Below the pieces are notes generated by a model. It worked only from the letters and a program-made list of their open reading frames with translations, was not told where the DNA came from and did no database searches. 64,000 bases of DNA from the NCBI GenBank assembly GCA_051532035.1, contig JAOPTW010000036.1:64001-128000 (forward strand), written 5' to 3'. The translations under genes were made by a program, and so were the position numbers. This DNA comes from Fibrobacterales bacterium (GTDB lineage Bacteria > Fibrobacterota > Fibrobacteria > Fibrobacterales > JAOPTW01). How positions within the stretch are numbered: position 1 is the stretch's first letter; every line of letters starts with the position of its first letter. Below, one piece after another: positions 1 to 9,937 of this stretch.

Positions 1-208
1 TCTTCTTATAGCTAAAGGGTTAGCCACTGCAGACACTTCTGATACTGGTGTGATCACAGCAGAAGCAGTGAGCAAAAAAGTTATCGGCACAGAAGCTGGT
101 GCAGTATGGAACTACAAATTAATCTTAGAAGACCAATCGAAAGGTGTTCACAATCCTACTTTTATAAGAAGTGTATTGAACAACACCATCAAAGCACTTA
201 ACCCTTAA
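1..208 (+). CDS. 3' end (partial) of probable multiheme cytochrome c
   Basis: Frame from nt 2 reads LLIAKGLATADTSDTGVITAEAVSKKVIGTEAGAVWNYKLILEDQSKGVHNPTFIRSVLNNTIKALNP*. The WNY..x.ED.S.GVHNP motif resembles the C-terminus of c552/NrfA-like multiheme cytochromes. Adjacent to cytochrome c maturation genes. No CxxCH visible in the window. Confidence 0.6.
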   Translation, partial: LLIAKGLATADTSDTGVITAEAVSKKVIGTEAGAVWNYKLILEDQSKGVHNPTFIRSVLNNTIKALNP

Positions 209-228
209 TTACGTAAGAGCTCAAAATT

Positions 229-258
229 AAAAGGGTGATCATTGATCACTCTTTTTTT
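229..258 (+). terminator. intrinsic terminator
   Basis: AAAAGGGTGATC-ATT-GATCACTCTTTTTTT hairpin plus U-tract, 20 nt after the stop codon. Confidence 0.75.
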
Positions 259-380
259 GTATCTCCTCTTTTCACATAATAAGTATTCTCTCCTACACTT
301 ACTACAGAACGAGTTATAGATATGAACAACTCTACCTAGTGTTCATACCCCCACCATATTTGATACATAACTTAAGAGAC

Positions 381-411
381 AAAAAAAGCACTCCAAAAAT
401 GAAGTGCTTTT
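381..411 (-). terminator. intrinsic terminator of the ccs operon
   Basis: AAAAAAAGCACTCC-AAAAAT-GAAGTGCTTTT; U-tract on the minus strand just after ccsA. Confidence 0.7.
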
Positions 412-431
412 AATAGTTGTTTTTGAGTAGA

Positions 432-2288
432 TTAAGCTTTCCGTTCTCGCCGTATAATCAATGGCACTACCACCAAAAGAAATACAACCTGAAGACTAAT
501 ATAAAGTATTAGATTAAAAGCAATTCCAGTGGTAAATCCATACGAATGGAGTCCAACTCCAAGAAGATTAATTCCAAACCATGCAAGCATCACCATAATA
601 ATACCAATGACTGATGCTATAGCAACTCCAAGTTCTTTAACCCAACCCGCAATACGCATGTGAAAAATTATCGCACTCCAAAGTACAATAAGGAGTGCAC
701 CATTTTCTTTCGGATCCCAACCCCAGAATCTACCCCAGGATTGATCTGCCCAGATACCGCCAAGAACCGTACCGATAAATGAGAGAGTGAGACCAAATCC
801 TAAAATTCCAAAAAGCGTTTTATAGGTTTTGGTCAGATCTTCTTTTGATTTTCCAAAAAGCCGTTGCATAAGATATACATGTCCCATAACCCCGGCAGCG
901 ACACACCCTGCATAACCAAGTGAAATGGCTATCACATGAGTTGCAAGCCAAAAGTTTGAATCGAGAACTGCAACGAGTACCCCCATGGTATCACCCTGAG
1001 AGCTATACTTACCTGAAATGAGGAAGAGCATCAATGCGGTGAGTGTTCCAATTAGATTACCATTACCATTCTTTTGATACTTCTCAACGAGAATACCAAT
1101 GAGTGCTGTAACTGTACCCGTAAATATAAAGGTCTCGAAAAGATTAGTAACGGGTGGACGTTGACTGATATACATTCTAAAGCCAATACCAATTACTCCT
1201 AGAACCGTACCAGAAAGCAGCAGCCAAAAACTGATCCTATTACACACCTTAGGCTTTGCTACAAGGGCAAGAAGTGCAAGGAGTAATCCAAACCCAAAGA
1301 GTATTTTTGCTTTATAAAAGAACTCCCAACTGTTGTAAGTAACTTCGAGATCTATTGCTGAGTAGCGTAGTTCAGGATACCGACCCCGCTCTGCGGATAA
1401 GGCCTTTTGTGCAGCCTCAGTAAAGCCAGCAGCATCACCACCATTAAAGCTTTGAGCCAAAGCCGTCCACTGTTCTAATGCACTCAAAAGCTCTTTACGG
1501 TCGGTTAATCTATGACCAATGATTGCCCATGGACTGAGCCAATACTCTTTATCCAATAAGGCTGGTATTACTCCAAATTGATTTCCTTTATAAAACTCAG
1601 TCCACTCATATAGTGCATAAGAGAAAAGTGACAAAGTGCTATCAGAAGTAGTCCAATTCTCAACCGGTTTTTTTGAAATACTCTCAATGAGTCGTGACAA
1701 TGTATCAGCCTTCTCTCTTATCTCTAAATAACTATAGAGCCCCGTATCAAGGGCTAACAGTTTTGCGGTCTCCTGTGTTTTGACACGAAAGGTCTCATGC
1801 TTCTGTGCAAAGGTAAATGCGGCACTATGCTCTTGGAGTTTTTGAAAGAGTGAATAGACCCGTAAGAACTCTCGTTCTACATCACTTCGCTTTTTTGAAT
1901 CAACCTGCATCACTGCTTGAGCGAGCTCAGTAATGCGCTGCTGAGCCGGGAGCAGGTCTGTGTATGAGTAAGTACGATGCGGATTTCTCTTTACTCCATA
2001 GGCATCAACTACCTGAGGATTATTAATGAGAAAACATTGAGTACTACTCGCCAATGGGTGATTGAAGATTACCATATTCATCCAATCGAGGGCTGAATAT
2101 TTTTCACCTTCAATCTTGATAGTACTCTTACCCGAATACTCCAAAAGCATATGTCGTGCATAGGAGTCAAGTGGTTTATAACGTCCTTCATTTTGAATCA
2201 GTAAGCTCCCATAACTGCTATAATCAAATTGAGGAAACTGTGCAAAAGTAACTGAAATAAATAAGCTGAGTAATAATATTAATTTCAT
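432..2288 (-). CDS. ccsA: cytochrome c biogenesis protein CcsA/ResC (System II) with large N-terminal periplasmic domain
   Basis: WADQSWGRFWGWDPKE (WWD motif), WLATHV and GLHSY conserved His residues, multiple TM helices. Confidence 0.93.
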   Translation of the reverse strand: MKLILLLSLFISVTFAQFPQFDYSSYGSLLIQNEGRYKPLDSYARHMLLEYSGKSTIKIEGEKYSALDWMNMVIFNHPLASSTQCFLINNPQVVDAYGVKRNPHRTYSYTDLLPAQQRITELAQAVMQVDSKKRSDVEREFLRVYSLFQKLQEHSAAFTFAQKHETFRVKTQETAKLLALDTGLYSYLEIREKADTLSRLIESISKKPVENWTTSDSTLSLFSYALYEWTEFYKGNQFGVIPALLDKEYWLSPWAIIGHRLTDRKELLSALEQWTALAQSFNGGDAAGFTEAAQKALSAERGRYPELRYSAIDLEVTYNSWEFFYKAKILFGFGLLLALLALVAKPKVCNRISFWLLLSGTVLGVIGIGFRMYISQRPPVTNLFETFIFTGTVTALIGILVEKYQKNGNGNLIGTLTALMLFLISGKYSSQGDTMGVLVAVLDSNFWLATHVIAISLGYAGCVAAGVMGHVYLMQRLFGKSKEDLTKTYKTLFGILGFGLTLSFIGTVLGGIWADQSWGRFWGWDPKENGALLIVLWSAIIFHMRIAGWVKELGVAIASVIGIIMVMLAWFGINLLGVGLHSYGFTTGIAFNLILYISLQVVFLLVVVPLIIRRERKA

Positions 2289-3460
2289 CCTCGCTCCTTT
2301 TTAAGGCGGTTAATCAAGAGTAAAACAAAGTGAAGTAACAAACCAAATCCGATTATTATACTCGACAGATATGGAATTACTCGTCCTGGATTCTCAACCA
2401 CTTGAAAAATAGAGACTTCACGCCCCATGCCATCTTTTGAAAAAGATGACTGGAAAAAAGTAAACCCATGGGTTCTCAGTGGTTCATTCATAGAAATTTT
2501 AAGCTCACGTTGAATGCCATTCTCTTCGATAGCCACAGTACTCTCATAGGCCTTTGCCATTGATATTCCAGGGTGATCAGTTTTTACAAAATCAATAAGC
2601 TTAATTGCAATAGGGAGTGGAACGGTTGTTCTTGAAAGATGAAACCAATAGTTCTTACTCCCAATTGTTACCGCTGTTGGCTCAGTTTCATATCCCGACA
2701 AGAGTACTTTTTCCTTGGTACCACTGTTATCAAGAGCGCCAGTCAAAAAGAGTATGCCAGGAATATTCTGTGAGATCTCAGGAACAGGTTCCCGCTCTCT
2801 GATAGAAGTAATTCCTGATCCATTAATATACTTTTTCTGTGCATTTAGATTTACAGGAAGTACACCCTCACGTTGTTGCCAGCCAGTAGTATCTTGAAAG
2901 GCCCCTGCATTTATATAATACGCTTCAGGTAATACCGTCACTCCTTGGATTTCAAGAGCAATGGGTGTTCCTGGTTTTAGAAGATCAACGCTTACAGCTG
3001 TTGTTATTTTTTCACCATTGCGTTCCTGAGATACCTTAAGTTCCCAGACGCTATTAATAACAGAAGACGTTTTAACTTCACCTTCAGAAAGAGTGAGGAT
3101 TGACTCCTGTGCAAAATAGTACGTGATGCCAGACCCCACTACCAGAAGCGTTAAACCCCAGTGCATCAAGACTAGACCAGACTTTTTCCAACTGTATTTT
3201 AATACGAGGAGGAGTACACTTAATAAGTTAACTCCGAGTATCATCAATACAAGCTTTGCCCCTGGAAAAGGAAAAAAGAGAAACCATGAGTTAAAAAAGA
3301 CCTGCTGGGCTCTATAGAGTCCATTATCAGTCTGATACAAGGTTCCAAAAAAAGTGAGAATCAGCAACAGTATCAAACACACAGTCGTTAATGAGAGTGA
3401 CGTTAATACTTTCATTACTTTGTTTTTTCGAATCTGAGTACGGAGGGTGCTAATTGCCAT
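2285..3460 (-). CDS. cytochrome c biogenesis protein ResB/CcsB-like
   Basis: N-terminal TM segments with FFGTLYQ and LMHWG, C-terminal ISMNEPLR..GFTFFQSS and PG..IPY. ATG at 3460 overlaps the upstream stop; stop overlaps the ccsA start. Alternative start 3415. Confidence 0.85.
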   Translation of the reverse strand: MAISTLRTQIRKNKVMKVLTSLSLTTVCLILLLILTFFGTLYQTDNGLYRAQQVFFNSWFLFFPFPGAKLVLMILGVNLLSVLLLVLKYSWKKSGLVLMHWGLTLLVVGSGITYYFAQESILTLSEGEVKTSSVINSVWELKVSQERNGEKITTAVSVDLLKPGTPIALEIQGVTVLPEAYYINAGAFQDTTGWQQREGVLPVNLNAQKKYINGSGITSIREREPVPEISQNIPGILFLTGALDNSGTKEKVLLSGYETEPTAVTIGSKNYWFHLSRTTVPLPIAIKLIDFVKTDHPGISMAKAYESTVAIEENGIQRELKISMNEPLRTHGFTFFQSSFSKDGMGREVSIFQVVENPGRVIPYLSSIIIGFGLLLHFVLLLINRLKKERG

Positions 3461-4103
3461 TTGCAGTATACTCCAGTGAGTTAAGAAGTGCGGCAAAATT
3501 CTTTTTCTGAGCTTTTGCCACATCAGGGGCAGCCATGAATTTGACAAATACCGAATACTCTTCAACTGGAAGAATCGTTACGAGAAAGGTCTTTTCTTGG
3601 GTTGCTTGTAAGGTTAAATCATAGAGATCCCCTTTTACATTAACCCCTTTTACTTTATTCGCAGCATTCTTCACTTTTGCAATAGTCCCCGGGTCAGCAG
3701 GGAGTCCAATTTGTCCGAGCCAGCGTTCAAGATTCGCATCGACTCCTCCTGCCATGCCCCCTAAAATTATAAGAGTTGCTTTGAAACTATTTGTTCCATC
3801 GTCTGGAAAATAGGTTGCAGTGATCATACCGCTACCTTCTTGAACCAACCACCCTTTAGGGAGTTTCCAACTAAACTTTGGGCGGGTATCATTGGTTACT
3901 GTAGCAGGTGCCTGAGGTGCGCCCATTCCTGGTGTATTTTGATCTATAGGTGGGTGCCCTGCGGGCATCTTTGGCATAGCCTTCTGATCAATTGGTGGCT
4001 GTGGTGCCATTGATGCAGGCTTTTCAGTGTATGTTCTGATTTTTTCTTCTTTACATCCGACAATGACAAGAGAGAGTATGGCTATGGCAAAAATGAATTT
4101 CAT
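3450..4103 (-). CDS. uncharacterised lipoprotein, first gene of the ccs operon
   Basis: Lipobox IVGC, Pro-rich linker with MPAGHPP, then WKLPKGW and GGVDANLERWLGQIGL motifs. Confidence 0.75.
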   Translation of the reverse strand: MKFIFAIAILSLVIVGCKEEKIRTYTEKPASMAPQPPIDQKAMPKMPAGHPPIDQNTPGMGAPQAPATVTNDTRPKFSWKLPKGWLVQEGSGMITATYFPDDGTNSFKATLIILGGMAGGVDANLERWLGQIGLPADPGTIAKVKNAANKVKGVNVKGDLYDLTLQATQEKTFLVTILPVEEYSVFVKFMAAPDVAKAQKKNFAALLNSLEYTANGN

Positions 4104-4284
4104 TACTAATCCTTATATTAATTCCATAAAACAATATAGGAAAAATAGAATTGCCACATTGGGTCTAAATTCAATATTTCAGGTGATATATTTTTATATC
4201 AAACGTGTATTTACCTTCAATAAAAAATCCCTTTTTAAAGTAATTAATCACCATTTTTAACTACTGTCCAGAAAAAGTATCCAT

Positions 4285-4315
4285 AAAAAAAGAGCCTACC
4301 GAAGTAGACTCTTTT
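4285..4315 (-). terminator. intrinsic terminator after tyrS
   Basis: AAAAAAAGAGCCTAC-CGAA-GTAGACTCTTTT. Confidence 0.7.
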
Positions 4316-4339
4316 CAAATAGATAGATAGGTGAGTTAT

Positions 4340-5551
4340 CTAGTGATTCACTTTAAAAAACTTTCGTTTCCCTACCTGAATAACGAGCGCCATCCCCTCA
4401 ACCATAACAACCGTTGAACCCGGATCAGTCACTTTTTCTCCATTAAACTTAACACCGCCATTTTGGATCATACGACGTGCTTCACCTTTTGAGGTAAAAG
4501 CCTTTATCTCAAGAAGAAGCTCGAGAAGACCCATATCACCGGCCGGGAACTGAAATTCTGGAGCATCATCAGGAATTGCGCTGCCACTGTGAATCTTCTT
4601 CTCAGCCTCTTGCGCCTCTTTAGCTGCATCAGCACCATAATATTGAGAAACAATATCAAGTGCAAGATCAATTTTAGCTTGATTTGGGTTTACTGAACCA
4701 TCTTCGATACCCGTCATCATAGTTCTAATATCTTCAATTGATTTGTCGGTCAATAACTCATACCAGTTTTCAATCAAGGCATCAGGGATGTTATAAATTT
4801 TGTGGTACATAGTCTGAGGAGACTCATTGATCCCCACATAGTTACCCAGACTTTTCGACATTTTCTCACGTCCGCATGTCCCGAGTAGAATAGGCATAAA
4901 GAGGCCTACCTGTGGTTCTTCGTCTCGGGCTGCCTGCAGTTCACGTCCACGTAGAACGTTAAATTTTTGATCAGTGCCACCAATCTCAACATCAGACTTG
5001 ATAACCACTGAATCATACCCTTGCATCATTGGGTACATAAACTCGTGAAGAGAAATTGGTTGGCCATTTTTATAACGATTTTGAAAGTCTTGACGTTCAA
5101 GCATTTGAGCAACAGTAATTTGTGACATAAGTTCTGCTACTTTATCAAATTTAAGCTCGCGAAACCAGTCACCATTGTACACAACATTAGTTTTGTCTTC
5201 ATCGACAATTTTAAAGAACTGCTGTTTATACGTCTCAGCGAGCTCCATTACTTCTGCATGAGAAATACGAGGACGCGTCTTGTTTTTTCCTGACGGATCA
5301 CCAATTGTTGCAGTATAGTCACCAATAATTAGGGTTACTTGATGCCCCAGTTCTTGAAATTTTGCCAACTTGCGCATAACAACAGTAAACCCAAGATGGA
5401 TATCGGGAGAGGTTGGATCGATACCGAGTTTAATATTGAGCGGTTTACCCGTTTCAACGGACTTTTCCAGTTTTTTTACAAATGCATCTTCTGGTACAAT
5501 CTCAATAACACCGCGTTTTAAAATTTCAAGTTGTTCTTTTGCACTTAACAT
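4340..5551 (-). CDS. tyrS: tyrosine--tRNA ligase
   Basis: GIDPTSPDIHLG (HIGH-like), KMSKS, C-terminal S4 domain. Confidence 0.97.
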   Translation of the reverse strand: MLSAKEQLEILKRGVIEIVPEDAFVKKLEKSVETGKPLNIKLGIDPTSPDIHLGFTVVMRKLAKFQELGHQVTLIIGDYTATIGDPSGKNKTRPRISHAEVMELAETYKQQFFKIVDEDKTNVVYNGDWFRELKFDKVAELMSQITVAQMLERQDFQNRYKNGQPISLHEFMYPMMQGYDSVVIKSDVEIGGTDQKFNVLRGRELQAARDEEPQVGLFMPILLGTCGREKMSKSLGNYVGINESPQTMYHKIYNIPDALIENWYELLTDKSIEDIRTMMTGIEDGSVNPNQAKIDLALDIVSQYYGADAAKEAQEAEKKIHSGSAIPDDAPEFQFPAGDMGLLELLLEIKAFTSKGEARRMIQNGGVKFNGEKVTDPGSTVVMVEGMALVIQVGKRKFFKVNH

Positions 5552-5554
5552 CTA

Positions 5555-5770
5555 TTACTCACTTTCGTCGAATTCTTCATCGAGGGTTTCAAGAGCCGCC
5601 GTTACATCTTTCTCGGTCTTGGTTAAAATCTGTTTACAGGTCTTGAGCAAGTTTGCCGCTTCAGATACTTGCTCGGCAAGTTCATCAACATTGACCTCTG
5701 ATGAATCAATAGTTTCGAGGATCTCTTCGAGACGCTCCATAGATTCCTGATACGTTACTTTTTTAGCCAC
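5555..5770 (-). CDS. xseB: exodeoxyribonuclease VII small subunit
   Basis: TYQESMERLEEIL..ID pattern, 71 aa, GTG start overlapping the xseA stop. Confidence 0.92.
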   Translation of the reverse strand: MAKKVTYQESMERLEEILETIDSSEVNVDELAEQVSEAANLLKTCKQILTKTEKDVTAALETLDEEFDESE

Positions 5771-7221
5771 TAACTCACCTCTTTGCCGGTAATTTTAGAA
5801 AAAACTGCCCCATCTTTAAACTCTGTGACAAGGATATCCCCCTCACTGAGCCCTGAAAAGTGGGCTAATTCACTCTTTCCATCTTTTTTCTCTATTTTTG
5901 AAATTGAATACCCTCGTTCAAGGGTTCTTTTTGGGTCGAGTGACCGCAAAAGCGCCCCTTTCCCCTTCAAATCTTGTTGTCTAATATCACGTTCACTATC
6001 CCATCGCCGAGTAACATCATTTTTATGCCCAATGATAGCCCGCTGCTCTTCTTTTATTCGATTATCAACCTGGTGAGTCAAGGTGACCCCGAGCCCTTTA
6101 AGGGAACCAAGAGTCGTTTGATAAAAGTTATTCCAAGTATGGTGAAGATTGGAACGGACGGACTCAAAATTGATCTGATGTTGCGTAATGAGTTTAATAG
6201 GCCCCCGCTGCAATCCAATGGTGTGCCGTTTAATTTTTTCTCGCTCAAGAGTCACCAGTTGTGGAGCGCGAGTCAATATTCCTTTACCAACGGTATATAT
6301 AGCGTCACTCTGACTCTGGAGTATCACTTCCCAGGAATACCGAAGTTCACGTTTTATCTCTATAAGTTTTTGCCACTGTGTATCTAATTGCTCAACTAAA
6401 AATCGTGCACATGCGGTGGGGGTAATTTTATTATCCCACGCAACCAGGTCAACAAGGCTGGTATCAATTTGATGACCAATACCAGTTAACACAGGTATCG
6501 AGTAATTGGCGATTTCTACACAAAGTACCTCGCTATCAAAATAGACCAGATCCGTTTTTGATCCACCTCCACGGCAAATACACAGCACATCAAGGCCCTG
6601 TTTTGCTAATTTCCTGAGGGCTTTCAATACCGTTGGCTCTGTTTCGGTGCCTTGCATTTTTGCCGATACCACGGTAATTTCAAAGGCATAATCGCTCTGG
6701 TTAATTATCTCCATAAAGTCATTATGGGCAGCAGAGCCTTCTGCAGTAATCAGGCCAACTTTTAAAGGAGTGATCGAAAGTTCATGTTCCCGGTTTTTAT
6801 CGAAAAGCCCTTTGTTTTTGAGCATTTCAAGAATTTTCTTTCTTGTAACGGCTAGCTCACCCAAGGTAAAGTTGGGGTCGATATCTTTTATGCGCGCCTG
6901 GAATTTCCCTGAAGGGACATAAAAATCAGCTTCGAGAAGGAGCGACACCTTAAGATCAACTTCAAGCTTAAAGGGTTGAACCTCTTTACTCAGCCGATTA
7001 TTCATCGCTTCAAAATCAGAGGTAAACATCATAAGACTTAAGGTGGAAACAGGCCGTGAATCATCCTCTTTGTACTCGGCCATCTGTATATAGACCACTC
7101 GCCCTCGAATATTGAGCTGAGAGATTACCCCATGTACCCATATTTCGGGTACACGCTGTTTAAGCAATTTTTGAATGCTGGTACAGTATTGGGTAACTGA
7201 GTAAGATTTTGATTCGACCAT
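5770..7221 (-). CDS. xseA: exodeoxyribonuclease VII large subunit
   Basis: N-terminal OB fold, RGGGS..DL, TGIGH..D, LDP.RTLERGYS. Confidence 0.93.
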   Translation of the reverse strand: MVESKSYSVTQYCTSIQKLLKQRVPEIWVHGVISQLNIRGRVVYIQMAEYKEDDSRPVSTLSLMMFTSDFEAMNNRLSKEVQPFKLEVDLKVSLLLEADFYVPSGKFQARIKDIDPNFTLGELAVTRKKILEMLKNKGLFDKNREHELSITPLKVGLITAEGSAAHNDFMEIINQSDYAFEITVVSAKMQGTETEPTVLKALRKLAKQGLDVLCICRGGGSKTDLVYFDSEVLCVEIANYSIPVLTGIGHQIDTSLVDLVAWDNKITPTACARFLVEQLDTQWQKLIEIKRELRYSWEVILQSQSDAIYTVGKGILTRAPQLVTLEREKIKRHTIGLQRGPIKLITQHQINFESVRSNLHHTWNNFYQTTLGSLKGLGVTLTHQVDNRIKEEQRAIIGHKNDVTRRWDSERDIRQQDLKGKGALLRSLDPKRTLERGYSISKIEKKDGKSELAHFSGLSEGDILVTEFKDGAVFSKITGKEVS

Positions 7222-7267
7222 GGAGAGAAATGTAGTAAATTATCTCAAGGCCATTGTTTAGTTATCG

Positions 7268-8512
7268 CTACTCATTGCACTCCCCAAAAGCATGGGGAGA
7301 GCCAAAGTTCTCGAGACCTGTAGTAAAGGTGAGAGGCGCCGCTCCACTACACCAAGCCGTACCTTCTCCTCTATGAGCAATATCCTTCAGACCATACTCT
7401 AAGGAGTGCCCTTCATCAAGAGGAAATGGGTTCAGAGAGTCTGAGGCACTTTTATAAAAAAGAGAATCGATAACGCCACTTTCACATGCCAGTATCAGTG
7501 ACTGCGCAGTATTAGAAAGGGTGAAGGAGCTATAGTGATAATCGGCAAAAGAGACACTATCACGGCCCAGTACAACAAAACCAGAAGGCGGTACAAGCAA
7601 GTGCTCCTCCAAGGGCAAATAGGTTGTTGCACTCTCTGAATTGATACTCTTTTTGAGACCGCACCCTGCAAGATCTAGGGTATCGATACCAGTATTAAAG
7701 AGCTCTATCCACTCATACTCATTACCCGACGTTTTGGGGTTTGGTGAAAGTTCGGTAATGATAATATCTTGACGTTCTGTTACTCCACGAAGGGTACTCT
7801 GAGGAAAGAGTAGTCCGCCGCTATAGAGAGTTGGTTTTTCTAATAGAACAGACGCCTTTAAGTGAGTGATCAGAGATTGCATTGTTATTGAGAGATTGGG
7901 AGTAGTCTCTGCATCAATAGTAAGTATGGATTCATAGCCATAGAGCGTATCTCCCTCAGAATTACACAGGCTAATGACTACTGCATATTCCCCAAAGTCA
8001 ACAGCATCAATATGTAAAAAACGATTGGGGGCAATCCCTTCAAGAGTAGCGTCGTATTGTGCCACTCCCATCAAGTTTAAGTGTCCACTCGTAATTTCAA
8101 GTTCATTACGCAACCCAACAGGTACATCAATATGTACCTGAGCAAATTGGGGACTAAAGTATATATCTACCTCGTGAATTTCTCCTTGTTCGATAGACAC
8201 AATCACTGTACCAGTATAACGGACAACACCCTGAGCATCGAGAAGTGAACATTCAATGTGCAAATCCTCTCCCCAGGGAATATCCTTAAAGTGTACCATT
8301 GGTTCATCACTGTTCCAAGGGGTTACCTCATTCAAGAGTACCGTGCCCCCTTTTATGATAACGAGTTTAAGACTATCTACTGCAATTGAGGTGTCAGACA
8401 CTTTTAAGGCAAGTGCCGTTTGATTCGAATTTGGTGCAGCTGCAGATCCTGTACCGTCACAGCCGATACAGAGTAAGAGTAGGGTTATAAGTAAGTATTT
8501 CATTGTTCTCAT
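7268..8512 (-). CDS. lipoprotein with C-terminal lamin-tail-like domain
   Basis: Lipobox CIGC; IIITEL..NP..EWIELFN..DL.G motif and terminal GSP. Confidence 0.7.
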   Translation of the reverse strand: MRTMKYLLITLLLLCIGCDGTGSAAAPNSNQTALALKVSDTSIAVDSLKLVIIKGGTVLLNEVTPWNSDEPMVHFKDIPWGEDLHIECSLLDAQGVVRYTGTVIVSIEQGEIHEVDIYFSPQFAQVHIDVPVGLRNELEITSGHLNLMGVAQYDATLEGIAPNRFLHIDAVDFGEYAVVISLCNSEGDTLYGYESILTIDAETTPNLSITMQSLITHLKASVLLEKPTLYSGGLLFPQSTLRGVTERQDIIITELSPNPKTSGNEYEWIELFNTGIDTLDLAGCGLKKSINSESATTYLPLEEHLLVPPSGFVVLGRDSVSFADYHYSSFTLSNTAQSLILACESGVIDSLFYKSASDSLNPFPLDEGHSLEYGLKDIAHRGEGTAWCSGAAPLTFTTGLENFGSPHAFGECNE

Positions 8513-8614
8513 CTATTAGTTATTAATACGAGTATTAGACGAGTGGTATCGCGGAGCTGTAACACTTATCAGCACTTTTTTTAAAAATCCGCATGAATAT
8601 TCATTGAGTTCAAA

Positions 8615-9937
8615 TTACTCAAGACATTTTGAAGCGGCAACCACCGGCACCTCTCCCCACCGTGTCGTATACCGATTAGAAAGATACTCACTTTTCGTTC
8701 GCCAATTTGCACCACAATCCCCCGCTGAAGGAATCGTCGAGGCGATATGAATATCTCCCGCCCCTTTTTTATCACGGATAGTCTCAAAAAGTTTGCGCAA
8801 AGCATCGGGCGCCTGCCGAGGAGCAGCAAAGAGAGAAAGCTGTACAGCATTTTTATCTACAAGGTCGTGAAGCATCACCCCCGCTTTTTTATAGCGAATA
8901 CCCTCTTTAAAAATGTTGGTAAATGCCTCTATCGCGGCACTGGTTATTTCGGCGACATCATTGGTCGCAACATCAAATGAGATAGGGAGTGAATTGAGAT
9001 ACTGTGGGTCACGTTGATTAAAAGGGTCGGTCCGCAGAAAAACCGTTACGGTTCCCGCGTAAAGATTTTGGCGCCACAGTTTCTCAACGGCCTTTGAAGC
9101 GTAGGTGGCAACAGCTTCGTGGAGGGCATCTTTGCAGGTTATGAGAGTACCAAAGGCACGAGAGCACATGATTTCCTTTTTTTCCTGTACCACTTCATCG
9201 AGCGCGAGGCACGACACTCCTTGAAGTTCCTTCTGCGTTCGAGCACCCACAATACTTAAACTCTTTTGCACCCACGCCGCCGGTTTAGTACAAAAGTCAG
9301 CAATAGTGCGACAGCCACCAGCGCGCAACTTCTCTTGTCCCGCCTTTCCGACCCCCCAGATATCCTTGATACTCAGAGTACGGTAGAGTGAAAGAGGATA
9401 CGACTCACTCAAAATATAGACCCCACTTCCACCCTGAGCTGGCTTCGCCAGATGATTCGCCAACTTTGCCTGAGTTTTTGTTCTCCCAATCCCCACACAA
9501 ACCGGGAGGTGTACCTGTTGCTGCACTGCATTTTTAATGGACTCCCCAAGGGTTATGGCCGTAGCCTGCTCTGTTGAGCGGCCGGTAAACTCGAGAAAAC
9601 ATTCATCAATAGAGTACTGCTCAACCGCAGGAGAAAAAGCAGAGAGCACTTGACTAAAACGCTCACTCATATCTCCGTACAGCGCATAATTACTCGAGCG
9701 CAGCACGATACCATGTTTTTTAATAAGATGCTTAATTTGAAAAATGGGAACTCCCATAGAGACCCCAAGATCTTTGGCCTCTTGAGAACGGGCAATGGCA
9801 CAGCCATCATTATTTGACATAACCACTACTGGACAATTCCACAGTTCTGGCTGAAAGGCTCGCTCACAGCTTACATAAAAATTATTGACATCCACAAGGG
9901 CAAATAAACGCTCACGAGCGGGTAGCGTGTACGACAT
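8615..9937 (-). CDS. umuC: Y-family DNA polymerase V subunit UmuC
   Basis: ALVDVNNFYVSCER, SNNDGCAIARS, YSIDE, C-terminal W...S..YTTRW. Confidence 0.95.
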   Translation of the reverse strand: MSYTLPARERLFALVDVNNFYVSCERAFQPELWNCPVVVMSNNDGCAIARSQEAKDLGVSMGVPIFQIKHLIKKHGIVLRSSNYALYGDMSERFSQVLSAFSPAVEQYSIDECFLEFTGRSTEQATAITLGESIKNAVQQQVHLPVCVGIGRTKTQAKLANHLAKPAQGGSGVYILSESYPLSLYRTLSIKDIWGVGKAGQEKLRAGGCRTIADFCTKPAAWVQKSLSIVGARTQKELQGVSCLALDEVVQEKKEIMCSRAFGTLITCKDALHEAVATYASKAVEKLWRQNLYAGTVTVFLRTDPFNQRDPQYLNSLPISFDVATNDVAEITSAAIEAFTNIFKEGIRYKKAGVMLHDLVDKNAVQLSLFAAPRQAPDALRKLFETIRDKKGAGDIHIASTIPSAGDCGANWRTKSEYLSNRYTTRWGEVPVVAASKCLE

